A stretch of 56,302 bases of DNA from contig NW_021833692.1 of the NCBI RefSeq assembly GCF_006345805.1, positions 1 through 56,302 of the forward strand, given 5' to 3'. Positions 1-12,668 of the stretch are shown piece after piece (position 1 is the stretch's first letter; each line of letters opens with the position of its first letter). The DNA comes from Octopus sinensis. Its lineage: Eukaryota. The notes beneath the pieces were generated by a model. That model ran no database searches, had not been told where the DNA came from, and saw only the letters and a list, made by a program, of their open reading frames with translations. Position numbers and translations under genes: made by a program.

Positions 1-250
1 TATATATATATATACTATCGTATATATTATATATATATATATGTATCTATATATAATATATATGTATATATATGTATATATTGACTGGAGTCTGGAGCAT
101 CCCCTCAGCTTACCAGCCCTGGTCAAACTATTGAATCCATGCCAGCATGGACAACAGTTGTTAAATGATAATGATGGTCATGATGTGTTGTATATATATA
201 TATATATATAGATATATATATATATATATACATATATATTATAGATAATT
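1..250. repeat. (TA)n microsatellite interrupted by a degenerate RTE 3'-tail fragment (~84-180, + orientation)
   Basis: TA runs at 1-80 and 190-245. The 84-180 segment resembles the RTE tail at 31205-31300. Confidence 0.7.
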
Positions 251-472
251 TACATTAGTATATAGATAAATTCTCAGATATGAGATAAAGTCATTGTCAC
301 CAACAATATATGTATATTTGTGATTTGATGTGTGAACATTTTAGCATGGCCTAGATTTTTGTAAAGATTTTCAGCAATTTTTCTAAGATATATGAAGAAA
401 TAATTTTTTAAAAGATGTTTTCCAGTTTTTACCAGATAATAATATTACTTTTTTTCATTTATTTTGTTTTAG

Positions 473-3442
473 GAAGAAACCTTAGGATCTGCTGCTTTGG
501 GAGCTAGAATGTTTAGCAATAAATGCCATCGATCCAGCATTTTTCCGAGTTCTCAGTATAAAAAATTAAATTCTGAATCAAATGAGTTCAGTGGTAAGTC
601 AAACTATTTAGAAGCAAATGATGAAAATATGAGTTCTGTTGGAATGGACACTTTCACAGTAGAAAACATAAGTTTTTCTCAGCCAAAGTCTTTCAAACAA
701 AATAAAGCAGTTGATAAAAATGATACTCTAAAAAGGCAGAAAACTTTAGAATTCCTTGAAAAGTTGTTGAAGAACTGTGACCCTGAAATAGAAGAACAAC
801 TCAAAAAGCTAGTTAAAGAAAAATTTGGATTACATATGAAAAGTAGTCATCAAAAAGAGGTTCTGTCATCTAACCAAACTGTAAATGGTATTATGGAATT
901 TCTGGAGCAACAAAGAAATGATTTTTTTCTGCCTTGTAATTCTTCTAGTCTTCCCTCTTTGTCAGGCCGAAGTAAGAATGATTGGAGTAAACTAAGAGCT
1001 GATAACAATAGGAATCTGATAAAATCTACTAAAGCATTTCTTTCTAAAAATAGAGTGACTGAAAGTACTCCTTCGTTTGTTTTGGGTGAAAGTAACTTGA
1101 ATGAAGACTCAGATGAAGGTGTCTTCTTGCATGGAGAGAACTGCTCAGAGAATAAACCAGCAAGTAACTGCACTACTAGCAATATTTTTGAGACCAAACC
1201 TCACAAGGATTTCTCTAATAGTCCTCAGCATGACATGTGGGATACCATTCATCAAGTTCTTAATGAGCAAAAGTTAGAAAATCAATTTTGGCAAAAAGCA
1301 ACATCCATAAAAAACAATTTCAAAACAAAACTCCCTAATTTTATGGACACATCAAGCACAGAAGATTCAACAATTAAAAATATACTCAAGTCAATAGGAT
1401 TTGATACAGAAATGTGCAAAAGAATGCAAGAATGTGCCAAACAGGTATCTGGTATAAATGATCAGTTGGGGTCTGATAAAAATAAACGATTAACAAACAA
1501 GTCTAAGCATAGCCTGTCTCCTGAAATAGATAAATGTGGTCTTAAAAGAGCGAAGAACAAAATTCTGTCTTCTGAAAAGGCATCCCATAAAATTCTTTTT
1601 AACAAAAATTTCATTGCAACTGTCCCACCTATTGATACATCAGTTCCACCACCTGTTGCTAATTTCTCAAACACAGTAACTCCCCTACCTTCTCTAGCCC
1701 CCGCTCCTTTGTCAGTACTTCATAGTAGATCACCTGTATATTCTGTGTTACCATCTGGCCTACCAACACCTATTGCTCCTGCCAATTATACTCATGTTCC
1801 ATCTCAACCTGCAATAGCACCATGTGGACCATTTTTTGCTCAGCCTCAGACATCTACCCTTTTCCCTCAACAGTACAATTTTAGCAATATGTTTGAAAAA
1901 AACACTTGTTACAGCACTTCAAAATCTATTATTCCTACCACTATACCTTGTCCACCTGTACATTCAAACTTAAAAGTTATACCTCCCTCCCCTGTTCCTA
2001 CATCAAATTCTTCTATACCATCTGCCACAACTCCTTCATCATTACCTGGTTCTTCATTATGCAGGGATAACTCACCCAAAACAGATAGCTGGCTATCTAA
2101 TAATGAAAGGTCTTCCCAATGGAATTTACTTTCTCCATCTCACAGAGATAGATCTCCTACAACATCACGCCAAAATAGGTCTCTTACACCCTGTTCATCA
2201 AGGCATACATCTTACACATTAAGATGTGAAAGGTCTCAGGTTTCTAGCTCATCAAAGGAAGATAAGTCACATAGTCCACTTTCTTTAAGGCGGGGTAGGT
2301 CACGAACACCTAGTTCTTTGAGGCGAGATAAATCACGAGAAAGATCACTGACACCTTCAAAATCAAGACGGAAAAAGTCACGAAATCAAAATAAACGAGA
2401 TAGATCTAGAACACCTTATTCTTCAAGAAGAAGCCACTCAAGATCACCATGTTCACTGAAAAGAGATAAGCTAAGATCTGTTTCTGGCAGAGGTTCAAGA
2501 TATTCTAAATCTAGACACAGTCGGTCACCAAGTAAACCATGCAATTTTCACTCTAAAAGATCAAAGTTACTGCATCCTGTGGATGAAAGATTTGCTTCTG
2601 AATATGAATATTCACCATCTCCTCCACTTCAAAAGAGAACTGCTGTACAGTGTAATGGTTCGACTGAAGGCAAAAATAATACAAGTTCACTGAAAGTGCA
2701 AGATGTAAAAGAAATTTTTGCCCTAAAATCTAAAAATTTGAATGCTTCTACAAACAACTCCAATAGAAAGTATTCTTGTTTTCTACCACATGAAATTGAG
2801 CAGATAATAAAACAAAGGATTTTGTGCAGCAGCCGTCTTGAAATGTTGCAAAATGAACTAGCAATGCTTCGCAAACAACAAAATGAATTGATGCGCAAGA
2901 AACAGCGTGAAAAAGATGGTCATAAGGATCCTCTTTTGACTGAAAATGCTGCTTTACAGGAAGAAGTTAGCAATCAAGTTAAACTGCTGAAAAAGACCAT
3001 GGAAGAACTTAATGAAACTTTGGAAATATCAGGAATGTCTATGGAGTCTTTTACTTACCATGAAAAATTTTATCAGTATTCTAAAAAATCTTCTTTATCT
3101 GATCAATTTGGATTTAAAAGCAAAAGTCATGAAAGTAGAGCTAATGAAAAAAACAGAAAAACAAATAAATTCCATTCACATGGGTTTGACAAAACTGCTT
3201 CTATACAAAAGGAGATGTCTTGTGAACGTTTCTCTTCTCGAGATAATAAACCTTTACTACCTTTGGAGATAAAATCTTTTGCAAAAGGAAGTCAGTCCAG
3301 TGATAAAGATAAGTTCTCATGGAATAAAAGGATGGATGATAGCCAGCTGCGTGAGGACAAAGATAAGAGAACTTCTCCATTCCCATTAAAGTGGTCAGCA
3401 TATTCTTCTGAAAACTTCTTGCATAATTTGCATGGAAACAAG
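473..3442 (+). CDS. ZNF318: ZNF318-like zinc-finger protein, large coding exon (990 codons): Pro-rich region, RS/SP-repeat region, coiled coil
   Basis: Polypyrimidine tract plus AG at 471-472, in frame with the 994-aa ORF. Donor AAG|GTATGT at 3442/3443, phase 0. Motif LMRKKQREKDGHKDPLL matches my recollection of vertebrate ZNF318 (LMRKKRREKDGHKDPLL); confirm by BLAST. Confidence 0.85.
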
Positions 3443-4190
3443 GTATGTTATATTTTAATAATCATTTATAAGTCACCATGAATAAAATTTTGGGTGATAG
3501 CACTCAACAGTGATGTGTATAAATACAAACTTGTTACTAGCTCTACCACACCTGAGGTACACAACGGCGAGAAATTTTCTCCATGACATGACATAATAAG
3601 TGACTTTCTTGCAGGTTCTGCATGTTTAAGCTGGTAACGAGTTTATATTTATACATATCACTGCTTAGCCTTGTCGTCCTGCATTTTATTTATGGTGAAC
3701 CATCAAATAATGCTACCAGTCATTGAATAATGATAGGAATATCATAAGAGAGATAAAGTCTCTCATGGCATCACCTTGTTTGGTTTCTATGGCTGAAGAG
3801 AAGATAACTACTCCAAAATGCATGCATCCCATAGTCTGGTCAGGTAGTGCTGCTTGCTGATTCAGTGCATTTGCACCCATTTGTCAACAGTCAGAAATTT
3901 TCTCCATGGTGGGATGCAGTGAGTGGCTTTCTTGTGGGTTCAGGTGTGCCTCAGGCATGTTTCAGTTGGTAACAAGTTTGTATTTATACACATTGCTTTA
4001 TGCTGTCACCTTGTATCTATGATTACTGTATCGACCTATCAAATACCTTCGGATTTAGTTTGTACCTGTCACAAGGTATATCTAACCCGCATTGAGTAAT
4101 ATATTTTTAAACAGTCATTCTGTTAGCCAGGTTCATTGTATAGAGTGCTTATTGTGGTATTTGCCTTTTCCTTTACGCTGTGTGTGTGTA

Positions 4191-6780
4191 TCATCATCAT
4201 CTTCATTTAACATCTGTTTTCCATGCTGGCATGGGTTGGACTGTTTGACAGGAGCTGGCCAGCTGAAGAGCTGTCTAGGCTCCATGTCTGTTTTGGCATG
4301 GTTTCTACGGCTGGATATCCTTCCTAACACCAACCACTTTACAGAGTGTACTGGGTGCTTTTATTCAGCACTGGCACAGGTGTGTTTATGTGGCACCAGC
4401 ACCCACAAGCCTGCAAGGTTAGGAATGCTTGTCTGTATGCAAGGACAACCACACTTTTACTTAGCTTGACGTATCTTTTCAAGCACAGCAAACCGCCAGG
4501 AGCCTTGGTTTCCTGCCATGTCCTCTGCATCCGATGTCTTCCTTAGTCTACTCCTTCCACATGTTCCCTCTACAATTTGAGATCAGCACCTCTTGATGTA
4601 GCTGTTTTCATTCATGTGCATTACATGACCATACCAGTGCAGTCTTCTCTCTTGCATGCTACATCTGATGCCTTGTATACCTAGTTTTTCTCTCAAATTA
4701 CTTACACTGTCGTATATGCACACTGACATTACCCATCCATTGGAGCATACTGGCTTCATTTCTTTCAAGCCTTTGCATATTCTTAGCAGTCACAGCCCAT
4801 GTCTCACTGCTATGTAGTATAGCTCTTTTTACCCAGGTATCATACAATCTGCCTTTCATGCTGAGGGAGATGCCCTTTGTTACTAACAGAGGTAGTAACT
4901 CTCTAAACTTTACCCAGCCTTTTCTTTTTCTAGCAGCTATGCTTTCAGAACAACCTTGCCCATTACTGGTCACATAAGTAACGGAAACTGTCTACTACTT
5001 CTAAGGATCCCTGCTGACATTTGAATGAGTCTATTTTTCATACATTCTTGGTGTTTAATGTACCTGTACATCTGCCACATGTAAAGACTACTTTCTCTGT
5101 TAACCTTCCTCTGATATCTATACACTTCTTATGGTCAGTAGCTTGCACTGAGTACATCTTACGGAGTTTCTTCCAAAACATTTTCTACATATCAAACAGG
5201 GTCATCTCCCTGAAGGGATCTGTGCTTTGTCTGTTTTCCTGCTTATCAATACTTTGATCTTTGCTAAATTAACTCTAAAGCCCTTTGATTCCAGTCTGTG
5301 TGTCTATCCCTGAAATTTCTTCTCTAGTTCTGGAAGAGAGAAGTTCTCTAGTTCTGGAAGTGATTCAGCAATAAAGAACAAGGTCATCAGCGTGGAAGAG
5401 CTCCCAAGGGCAGCCAGTCTTAAATTCCTTGGTTGTAGCTTAGATAAACAAGAGGGGGTTAAGAACAAATCCCAGGTGGACTCCTACTTGTATGTTAACC
5501 TCCTTACTATACTCATTGGTGACTCTCACCCTACTGACAGCATCCTTGTACATGGCTTGTACAGCTATCACTAACCACTCATTTGTCCCTAGGTTTTGCA
5601 TTGCCCACCAGATAAGAGAGTGAACGACCCTGTCAAAGGCTTTCTCCATTTCAACAAAAGCCAGATAAAGAGGTTTATTTTTGGTCAAGTATTTTTCCTA
5701 CTGTTGCCTCACCAGGAAGATAGGATCAGTGGTGCCTCTACTTGGCACAAATTCAAACTGCATCTCATCTATGCTAACTCTCTTTCTAATTAATTGTGCT
5801 ATGACACTGTCTGCAACTTTCATCACCTGGTCCAACAATCTGATACCTTTGTAATTATTTCTGTTTAGGGTATCACCCTTGCTCTTGTAGCAGTTGACTA
5901 TAATGTTGCTACACCAGTCATTGGGTATGACTCCCTCTTGGACAACCTGATTAACTATCTGGGTGACCAGGTCATATCCCTCCCCACCAGATATTTTAAG
6001 CATCTCAGCGGTGATACCTGATGAGCTGTCTTCATGTCTTTAATTGCTCTATTTACTAAGTTACTGTGGATTTGAATAGCTGGCTCCTCTGTTGGATCCA
6101 TGTTAGGCAGGCTCTCCTTTTCCCATGCATTCTCTACATTTAGCAACATTTCATAGGTGCACTCCCAAACTTCCTTCTTTGCAGAATCACTAACTGCAAG
6201 TGGGCCATCATCTGGGCGAACACATTTCTTTCCTACTACATCACGACTTTCTCTAACACACTGTCTTGCTATCTGAAACACATCAACCCTCTGGTCCTCA
6301 TGTCATAGAACATTGGCATACTTCCTCCTTTCTCCTTCAACCTTGGCTAAGTATACCTGTCTTCTAGCCTCCTTCCTAGTTACCAGATATAGATCTCTGC
6401 TACCACCGTTCTTCCAGTCTTTCCAGGCCTGTTTCTTCACTTTAATGGTCTTATCTACAACTTCATTCCACCATCACATCACCTTATGTCTGGTTGGGAC
6501 TTTGCACCACCCACAGATTTGGTCTGTGACATACAATGAGCTATCCTGCAGGAACTCCCAGTTGCTCTCCATGTAGTTCTTCCTCCTCTTTCTTGTTAAA
6601 TTTCTCAAGTAGGGTGTCCCTAAATTTCTGACCATCTAGAGGATACTTAAGCTTCCAAATCCTTCTTTTCCAGATTGGTCTGCTTCTTGGAATCCTTCAT
6701 GCCTGAAGTCTAAAGCCACTAATAACTAATGTATGCCAAGGGGTACATTCTTCACCAGGGAAGGTCTTTGCATTTATGAG
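4191..6780 (-). mobile_element. Degenerate RTE-clade LINE (endonuclease C-terminus, RT, C-terminus, 3' tail), 5'-truncated
   Basis: Minus-strand ORF fragments: DWCSNIIVNCYKSKGD..NYKGIRLL, EMQFEFVPSRGTTDPIFLVRQ, LYLAFVEMEKAFDRV, GWVKFRELLPLL..SSETW, RRLHWYGHV. (GAT)n-type tail at 4191. Many frameshifts. Confidence 0.9.
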
Positions 6781-7309
6781 CAACCATATATTATGCTTTC
6801 TGATAGCAATAGGAAGAAGGAAACGAAAAGTGATATGATCAAGTTGAAGAAGATGGCACGCTTAGCTGGACATGATACACATGATTGAGAGCAAGCAATG
6901 CAAATTGAAGGGGGCTGTATGGAGGGGTTTATATAAAGATAGCAACAGGAAGAAGGAAATGAAAAGAGATGAGATTACCACTGGAAATTGAGTCAAGACA
7001 AATACAAAAGTTTCTATAAAAATATGAATAAGATAATAAGGGATCTTTTATGTACTTGTTGGCCCTGCTAAAAATAGCAACTGAAATTCCTCACATCACA
7101 CCCTACTGCCTTTTACAATGTATGTATATAACCAATCTGTTAAGTTTGTTTATGGAAAATGTTTTTGAGTATCCACATAAAAGCTCCTGTGTTATTATGC
7201 TGTCTACAGAGAAGTAATTCCAACATGCAACAGCAATTTTAAGGGATAGTACTGAATTGTGCCAATACAATGTAGGATAAGTAGTAGTAGTAATAATAAT
7301 AATAATCCA

Positions 7310-7640
7310 AGGTGCATGGCTTAGTAGTTAGAACGTTGAGCTTATGATTGTGAGGTTGTGAGTTCGATTTCCGGACCGGGCTGTGTGTTGTGTTCTTGAG
7401 CAAGACACTTTATTTCACATTGCTCTAGTTCACTCAGCCGTAGAAATGAGTTGTGACGTACTGGTGCGAAGCTGTATTGGCCTTTGCCTTTCCCTTGGAT
7501 AACATCGGTGGCGTGGAGAGGGGACACTGGTATGCATGGGCGACTGCTGGTCTTCATAAACAACTTTGCCCGGATTTGTGCCTTGGAGGGTAACTTTCCC
7601 GGTGCAATCCCATGGTCATTCATGACCGGAAGGGGTCACC
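7310..7640 (+). mobile_element. tRNA-derived SINE
   Basis: A-box-like TGGCTTAGTAGTTAG and B-box GAGTTCGATTTCC, followed by TGTGTTCTTGAGCAAGACAC body. A related inverted copy is at 39340-39610. Confidence 0.7.
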
Positions 7641-7879
7641 CTTTAATCCAAGGATGGAATTTTATAAATATTTTAATACATCGTTATGCATGCTTCCATA
7701 AATCACATGTTGTTTTTGACTATAATGTGCATCCATAGGATGATTACACTATAATTTGTAGTATCCATGGATATTACAGTGAGTCATTGTTCATGTGTTC
7801 ATTTTGTTAGATGTAATATCCATGGATATTACAAATTATTGTGGATGTAGATTATAGTCACAAGGTTATGCCATTTTTG

Positions 7880-8813
7880 GCAAAAACTACCACTCTCCAC
7901 TTTGCCCTGGTTGGGGTGTTTTTGTCTCACCACATTTTGCAAATGCTTCAGAACTGCTTAGTAAAATGTCTGGTTAGCAGTTTGTCAACGAGGAACAAAT
8001 TTTGTGTGGTCAATTCCTTTCACATCCATGAAACAAATCAGCACCGTCTTGACATTGGACCTCACTTATGTGCTTTTTTTGGTGGGGTGTAGTGACATTG
8101 AATGCTTCCATTGACTTGATTACTGCTTCATTTTTGGGTCATAGCCATAGCACCAGCTTTTCTCACCAGTGATGACCTTTGGAAAAAGGTTCAGATCAAC
8201 TTCCAACTGTTCTTTCAGTTCACGACACATATTTAGTCATGACTACTTTTGATCTTCCGTGAGCAAGCAAGGCACAAATTTTTCTGCAACTCTTTCCATT
8301 TGCAATTCCTTGCTCAAAATTCATTGGCAGGGGCCCCAAAATACCCTAGTCATATCAACAAGTTCATCAGTTGTTCAGTGATGGTCCTCCAAGATCAGTT
8401 CGTGAATTTTAATAATGTTTTCATTCGTTTGGGAGGTTGATAGTCACCCTGAATGAGGTTGGTCTTGAAGTGACAAGTAACTATTCCTAAAGCATGAGAA
8501 CCACTCGTAAACTTGTGTTTTGCTCATGGTAGCATCTTTGTAAGCTGTTTGAAGCATGACAACCATTTCTGAGGAAACAAAATTCCACAGAAGCATGCTG
8601 TTCCTTCGCTTCAGCCATCACAAAAATCAACAAACAGAGAAAAAGCACTGCAAAACAAAGATGCACCACGTGATTGTACAAGTTCACTTGATGCTGCCAG
8701 TTGGCAGACTGACGTGTGAGGGTTGCATCAAGTGGCTTCTTGTGACAGAAGCCTGAACTACAATGGGCTTGACTCACAGAGAATGTTTTTGGTTACTTTT
8801 CGGTGCCCCCTAG
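7880..8813 (-). mobile_element. Degenerate mariner transposon fragment
   Basis: Minus-strand frames give NVKTVLICF.DVKGI..T.FVP..QT.NQ.FY and EQHASVEFCF. A TIR-like end CTAGGGGGCACCGAAAAGTAACC lies next to TA at 8814-8815. The second TIR was not found. Confidence 0.7.
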
Positions 8814-9230
8814 TATGTGGGCTCCGTACCCTGAACAAGCAAAAATCTCTATATTACAACAACTTAGAACATTTATGGTTTAATAATATAGGGGAAAATG
8901 CTATACAAGAGAAAGCTCATCTCCTAAGCATGGAAAAGCTCTTGAGTCAGTACAATCTCCTCAGTACTGGTTGAGTACAATGATGTAGGAAGATAACATC
9001 GCAAACCAATTGCTGCTTCCTTAACTCTCAAAAAGAAGATCTCAACTTTACTTCAAAGACACCATAAAGCAATATATGAAGTATTAGAGGCATTGTAGAT
9101 AGCACCACTGTAGGAGATACGGCAATGATGACAGTTAATTCAGAGTAATGGATATAATGACTACAAGGTTGACAGATTACTACTACTAAAAATAAAAAAG
9201 TAAGCTAATAAGATTATCAGTTAAGTTGAA

Positions 9231-11200
9231 TCATCATTGTCATCATTATCATTTAAGGTCTGCTTTACCTTCTATGTTGGCATGTGTTGGATGGTTTGAC
9301 TTTAGCTGGTGAGCCAATGGACTACGCCAAGCTCTACTGTCTGCTTTAGCATGGTTTCTATGGCTGGTTACTCTTCCTAATGCCAACCACTTTACAGAGA
9401 GTACTGGATGTTTTTATGTGGCACTAGCATCTGCAAGTAGCTTGCAAAATAAGTCTCCTCAACTGTTGTGTGAGAACTATGGAAGGAAGTGGCTTTGTTC
9501 CAGTATGATAGAGGGATAGAAACAGGTGTCTTGCAGTAGAGGTTAACTCAGTTGAAAAAGTGGAAGGAGAGAGGGAAAGAGGGTGAGAGAGAAAAAGTGA
9601 TGTGTTGGGGTATACATCCAAGTTATGGAGAAGGGTATATAAGTGAAGTGGTACAGATGATAGGATAGACTAAGTGGGTATGTAAGTTTGTGAGAGTGTA
9701 AATGGTGTGTGAGAGTTAACGAGGAAGGGAATGCAGTGATTGAAAATGGATGGAAGGAGGAGCGTTAAGAAGATGAGACATGGGGGAGAGGAGTATAGAC
9801 ATAAAAATCATGTCTTTACTGAGATGGATGAATTTCTCAAGCACAGCAAATTGTCAATCAGCTCGGTTCTTTGTCATCTCTTTTGTGAGGCTCAACATCT
9901 GAAGGTCATTTTTCATCACTTCATCCAATGTCCTCCTGGGTCTACTTCTTTCACAAGTTCCATCCACATAAGGCTTAGCACTTCTTTATGCAGCTTATCC
10001 TCATCCACGTGCATCAATAACCATACCAGCACAGTTTTCTCTCTTGCGCACTACATCTGATACCTCTTATTCTCAATTTTTCTCCCAAAACATTTACACT
10101 TCATTATATACATGCATACTGACATTGGACATTCAACAGAGTATGCTGGCTTCATTTCTTTCAAGCCTTCATATGTTCATTGCATTAACAGCTCATATTT
10201 TACTATCATGTAGCATTGCTGTTCATACACAGGAATCATACAATGTGCCTTTCACTCTGAGGGAGAAGCCCTTTATTACCAGCAAAGCTAATAGCTCTCT
10301 GAACTTTCTCCAGCCAGTTTTTTTTCAAGTAACTACATTTTTAGAGCATCCTCTTCCACTGTTAATTAGGTAACCCAGGTAACAGAAACTATCTACTACC
10401 TCTGAAGATCCTCCTGGGCTATTGAAGGATTCTATTTTCAATGTATTCTTAGTATATATTGTTCTTGAACATCTACCAAAGACAAGGACTGTTTTTTTCT
10501 GTTAGTCGTCTTGTGATTCCACTGCATCTCTTATGTGTTTATAGCTTGTACAGGGTACACCATATGGAACTTTTACTACACCTTCTCTATATATCAAGCA
10601 GGGCCATTTCCCTGAAGGAATTAATAATTTATTTGCTTTCCTGATACTAGCAGTTTAGTCTTTGTTAAGTTAATTCTATGGCCCTTTGATTCCAGGCCCT
10701 GTTTCCACACCTGAAATTTCTTATTTTCCAGAAGATTTTATCATCATCATCATCATCATCATCATCGTTTAGCGTCCGCTTTCCATGCTAGCATGGGTTG
10801 GACGGTTCTACTGGGGTCTGTGAAGCCAGAAGGCTTCATCAGGCCCAGTCAAATCTGGCAGTGTTTCTACGGCTGGATGCCCTTCCTAACGCCAACCACC
10901 TTTTTTTTTTTTTTGCTTGTGAGGAGCCTGGCTGATGCTCCCCTCCACCTTCTTGCATGCAACACACTTCTACAAGTCTCCATTCTAGCTTTTTAGTAAT
11001 TTCACCAGCTCTATATTTTAATGTACCTACATTGATTATACCTGCTCTAAGGATGTGGATGGGTAGGTGTGAACTGGAAGAAGGCTGGCAGCATTCAACA
11101 TCTGTTAACGAGTAAGTTTGCAGTACATTTGCTTGCAGGTATATCAGTTGCACAGTCAGATAATAGATAATACCACTCACATGAATGGCCATGCTGGGGC
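9231..11200 (-). mobile_element. Internally deleted RTE LINE (3' tail, ORF2 C-terminus, endonuclease N-terminus)
   Basis: Tail at 9231-9430. 9830-10735 parallels 4530-5340. ORF 10839-11192 contains LRAGIINVGTLK..EVCCMQE (RTE endonuclease start). Most of the RT is absent. Confidence 0.7.
10741..10900 (-). mobile_element. Solo RTE 3'-tail repeat inserted within the RTE remnant
   Basis: (CAT)n-CGTTTAGCGTCCGCTTTCCATGCTAGCATGGGTTGGACGG...CTGGATGCCCTTCCTAACGCCAACCAC is the reverse complement of the tail at 31140-31300. Confidence 0.75.
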
Positions 11201-11799
11201 ACTGCCTGTGTAATCACCTTTTCAGTGACCAATCTTATGTGATTAGCTTTTGCTGAAGGAAGGAGTTCAACATTGCTGCCCTCTTTTAAGTTTCCTACCT
11301 TGATATTGGTTCATCTGGGACCTTGGATAGCAGGAAGCCAAGTTGTTTCTTGAAAACATCTGCCCCCACTCCATGAAAATCCCTCAGATGCAAGGTGTTA
11401 AACAGCTATGGGCCCTTGAATCGCAAGCTATTGCAGTACATGGTCTTCACTCTAGAAAGGACAGCTGGGACCTTTGGAACAGTACAGTGATGTCCAGTTC
11501 AGGGTCTGGTATAGCTCTTAATTCTAAAGTTTGGCGCCACCTCCTCCAGTATCTTCCACACATACATCACTACATATCTCTCTATCTCCACTCCAGGGAG
11601 TTAACTTGTTACTCTTTCAGTCTCTCTCAGTAGCTCAACTGTTCCGTTGATGCAATCTTCCTTTTGTAACATCACTGAACTACCTCAAGTTCTGCTATTA
11701 ATCTCACAACTGCAACCCTCTCTGACACTGCAACACTTGCAACCCTCTCCAGCTGAGCATCCCTAATTTTGTGGGCTCATAAATGCTGGTTCCACATAA

Positions 11800-11985
11800 A
11801 AAGCACCTATACTGGTGCTGCATAAAAACACTGAGTACACTGTAAAGTGGTTGGCATTAGGAAGGGCATCCAGCCATAGAAACCATGCCAAAACCAACAG
11901 GGAGCCTGAACAGCCCTTCAGCTGGTCAGCTTCTGTTAAACTGTCCAACCCATGCCAGCATGGGAAACAGATGTTAAAATGATGA
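11800..11985 (+). mobile_element. Solo RTE 3'-tail repeat
   Basis: AGTGGTTGGCATTAGGAAGGGCATCCAGC...CCAACCCATGCCAGCATGG...GTTAAAATGATGA. Confidence 0.7.
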
Positions 11986-12668
11986 TTAACTACTATTTGT
12001 CCAGGTCCTCAAACACTGAAGGCCAACTGGTCATAGACAGAAAGTGTTGAAAGAAGAAAAAAGTGTTAACAAAAAATGGGGTGAGATGGAAGGAAAGGTC
12101 CTCTGTGAGCCTAGCATTATTATGGTGGTCATGGGAGTAGGTGGGAATGGCGGACAGGGGTGAAAAAATGGCTACAATTATCATGGCATCTGAGAAAATG
12201 GATGACTTGAAGGGCTTTTCGAATGAAATCAATATACTACATATTTAGGAGAGGGTTAGAAATGGCTAACACTTAGCTAAGACTTCAATGATATTTAATA
12301 CCATGAAGCTAATAAGCAAATGGATAAATGTCTGCATGCATGACTTTTATAACAAAAAGGAAGCCAGAAAACAGGAAGGAAGAGGGGATAGAATAATGCT
12401 TGCTGTTCCATACTTAAAACATTACAGCACTTAAATACATACAAACAAATAAACACTTCAGTTTGTACACACACACACATATATATTTTTATATATATAT
12501 ACTAGCAGAGATACCCGGCGTTGCCCGGTTACATTCAATTGAAGTATTAGACTTTTCTGTTATATGGATACACACACACACACACATGTATATTAATATA
12601 ATTACATGAAAGTACATGAAGTTTGTTAAAAAAAAGGGGATCATGTATATACCTCCTGGCTGTTGAGA

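Noticed and set aside
497-3481. ORF-track protein with TTG start and C-terminus VCYILIIIYKSP as a single-exon gene
   Set aside because: There is an in-frame splice acceptor at 472/473 and a donor at 3442/3443. The last 12 residues are intron read-through.
7310-7385. tRNA genes (also 31430-31504 and 39540-39610)
   Set aside because: A/B boxes are present but there is no complete cloverleaf. Each runs into a repeat body typical of SINEs.
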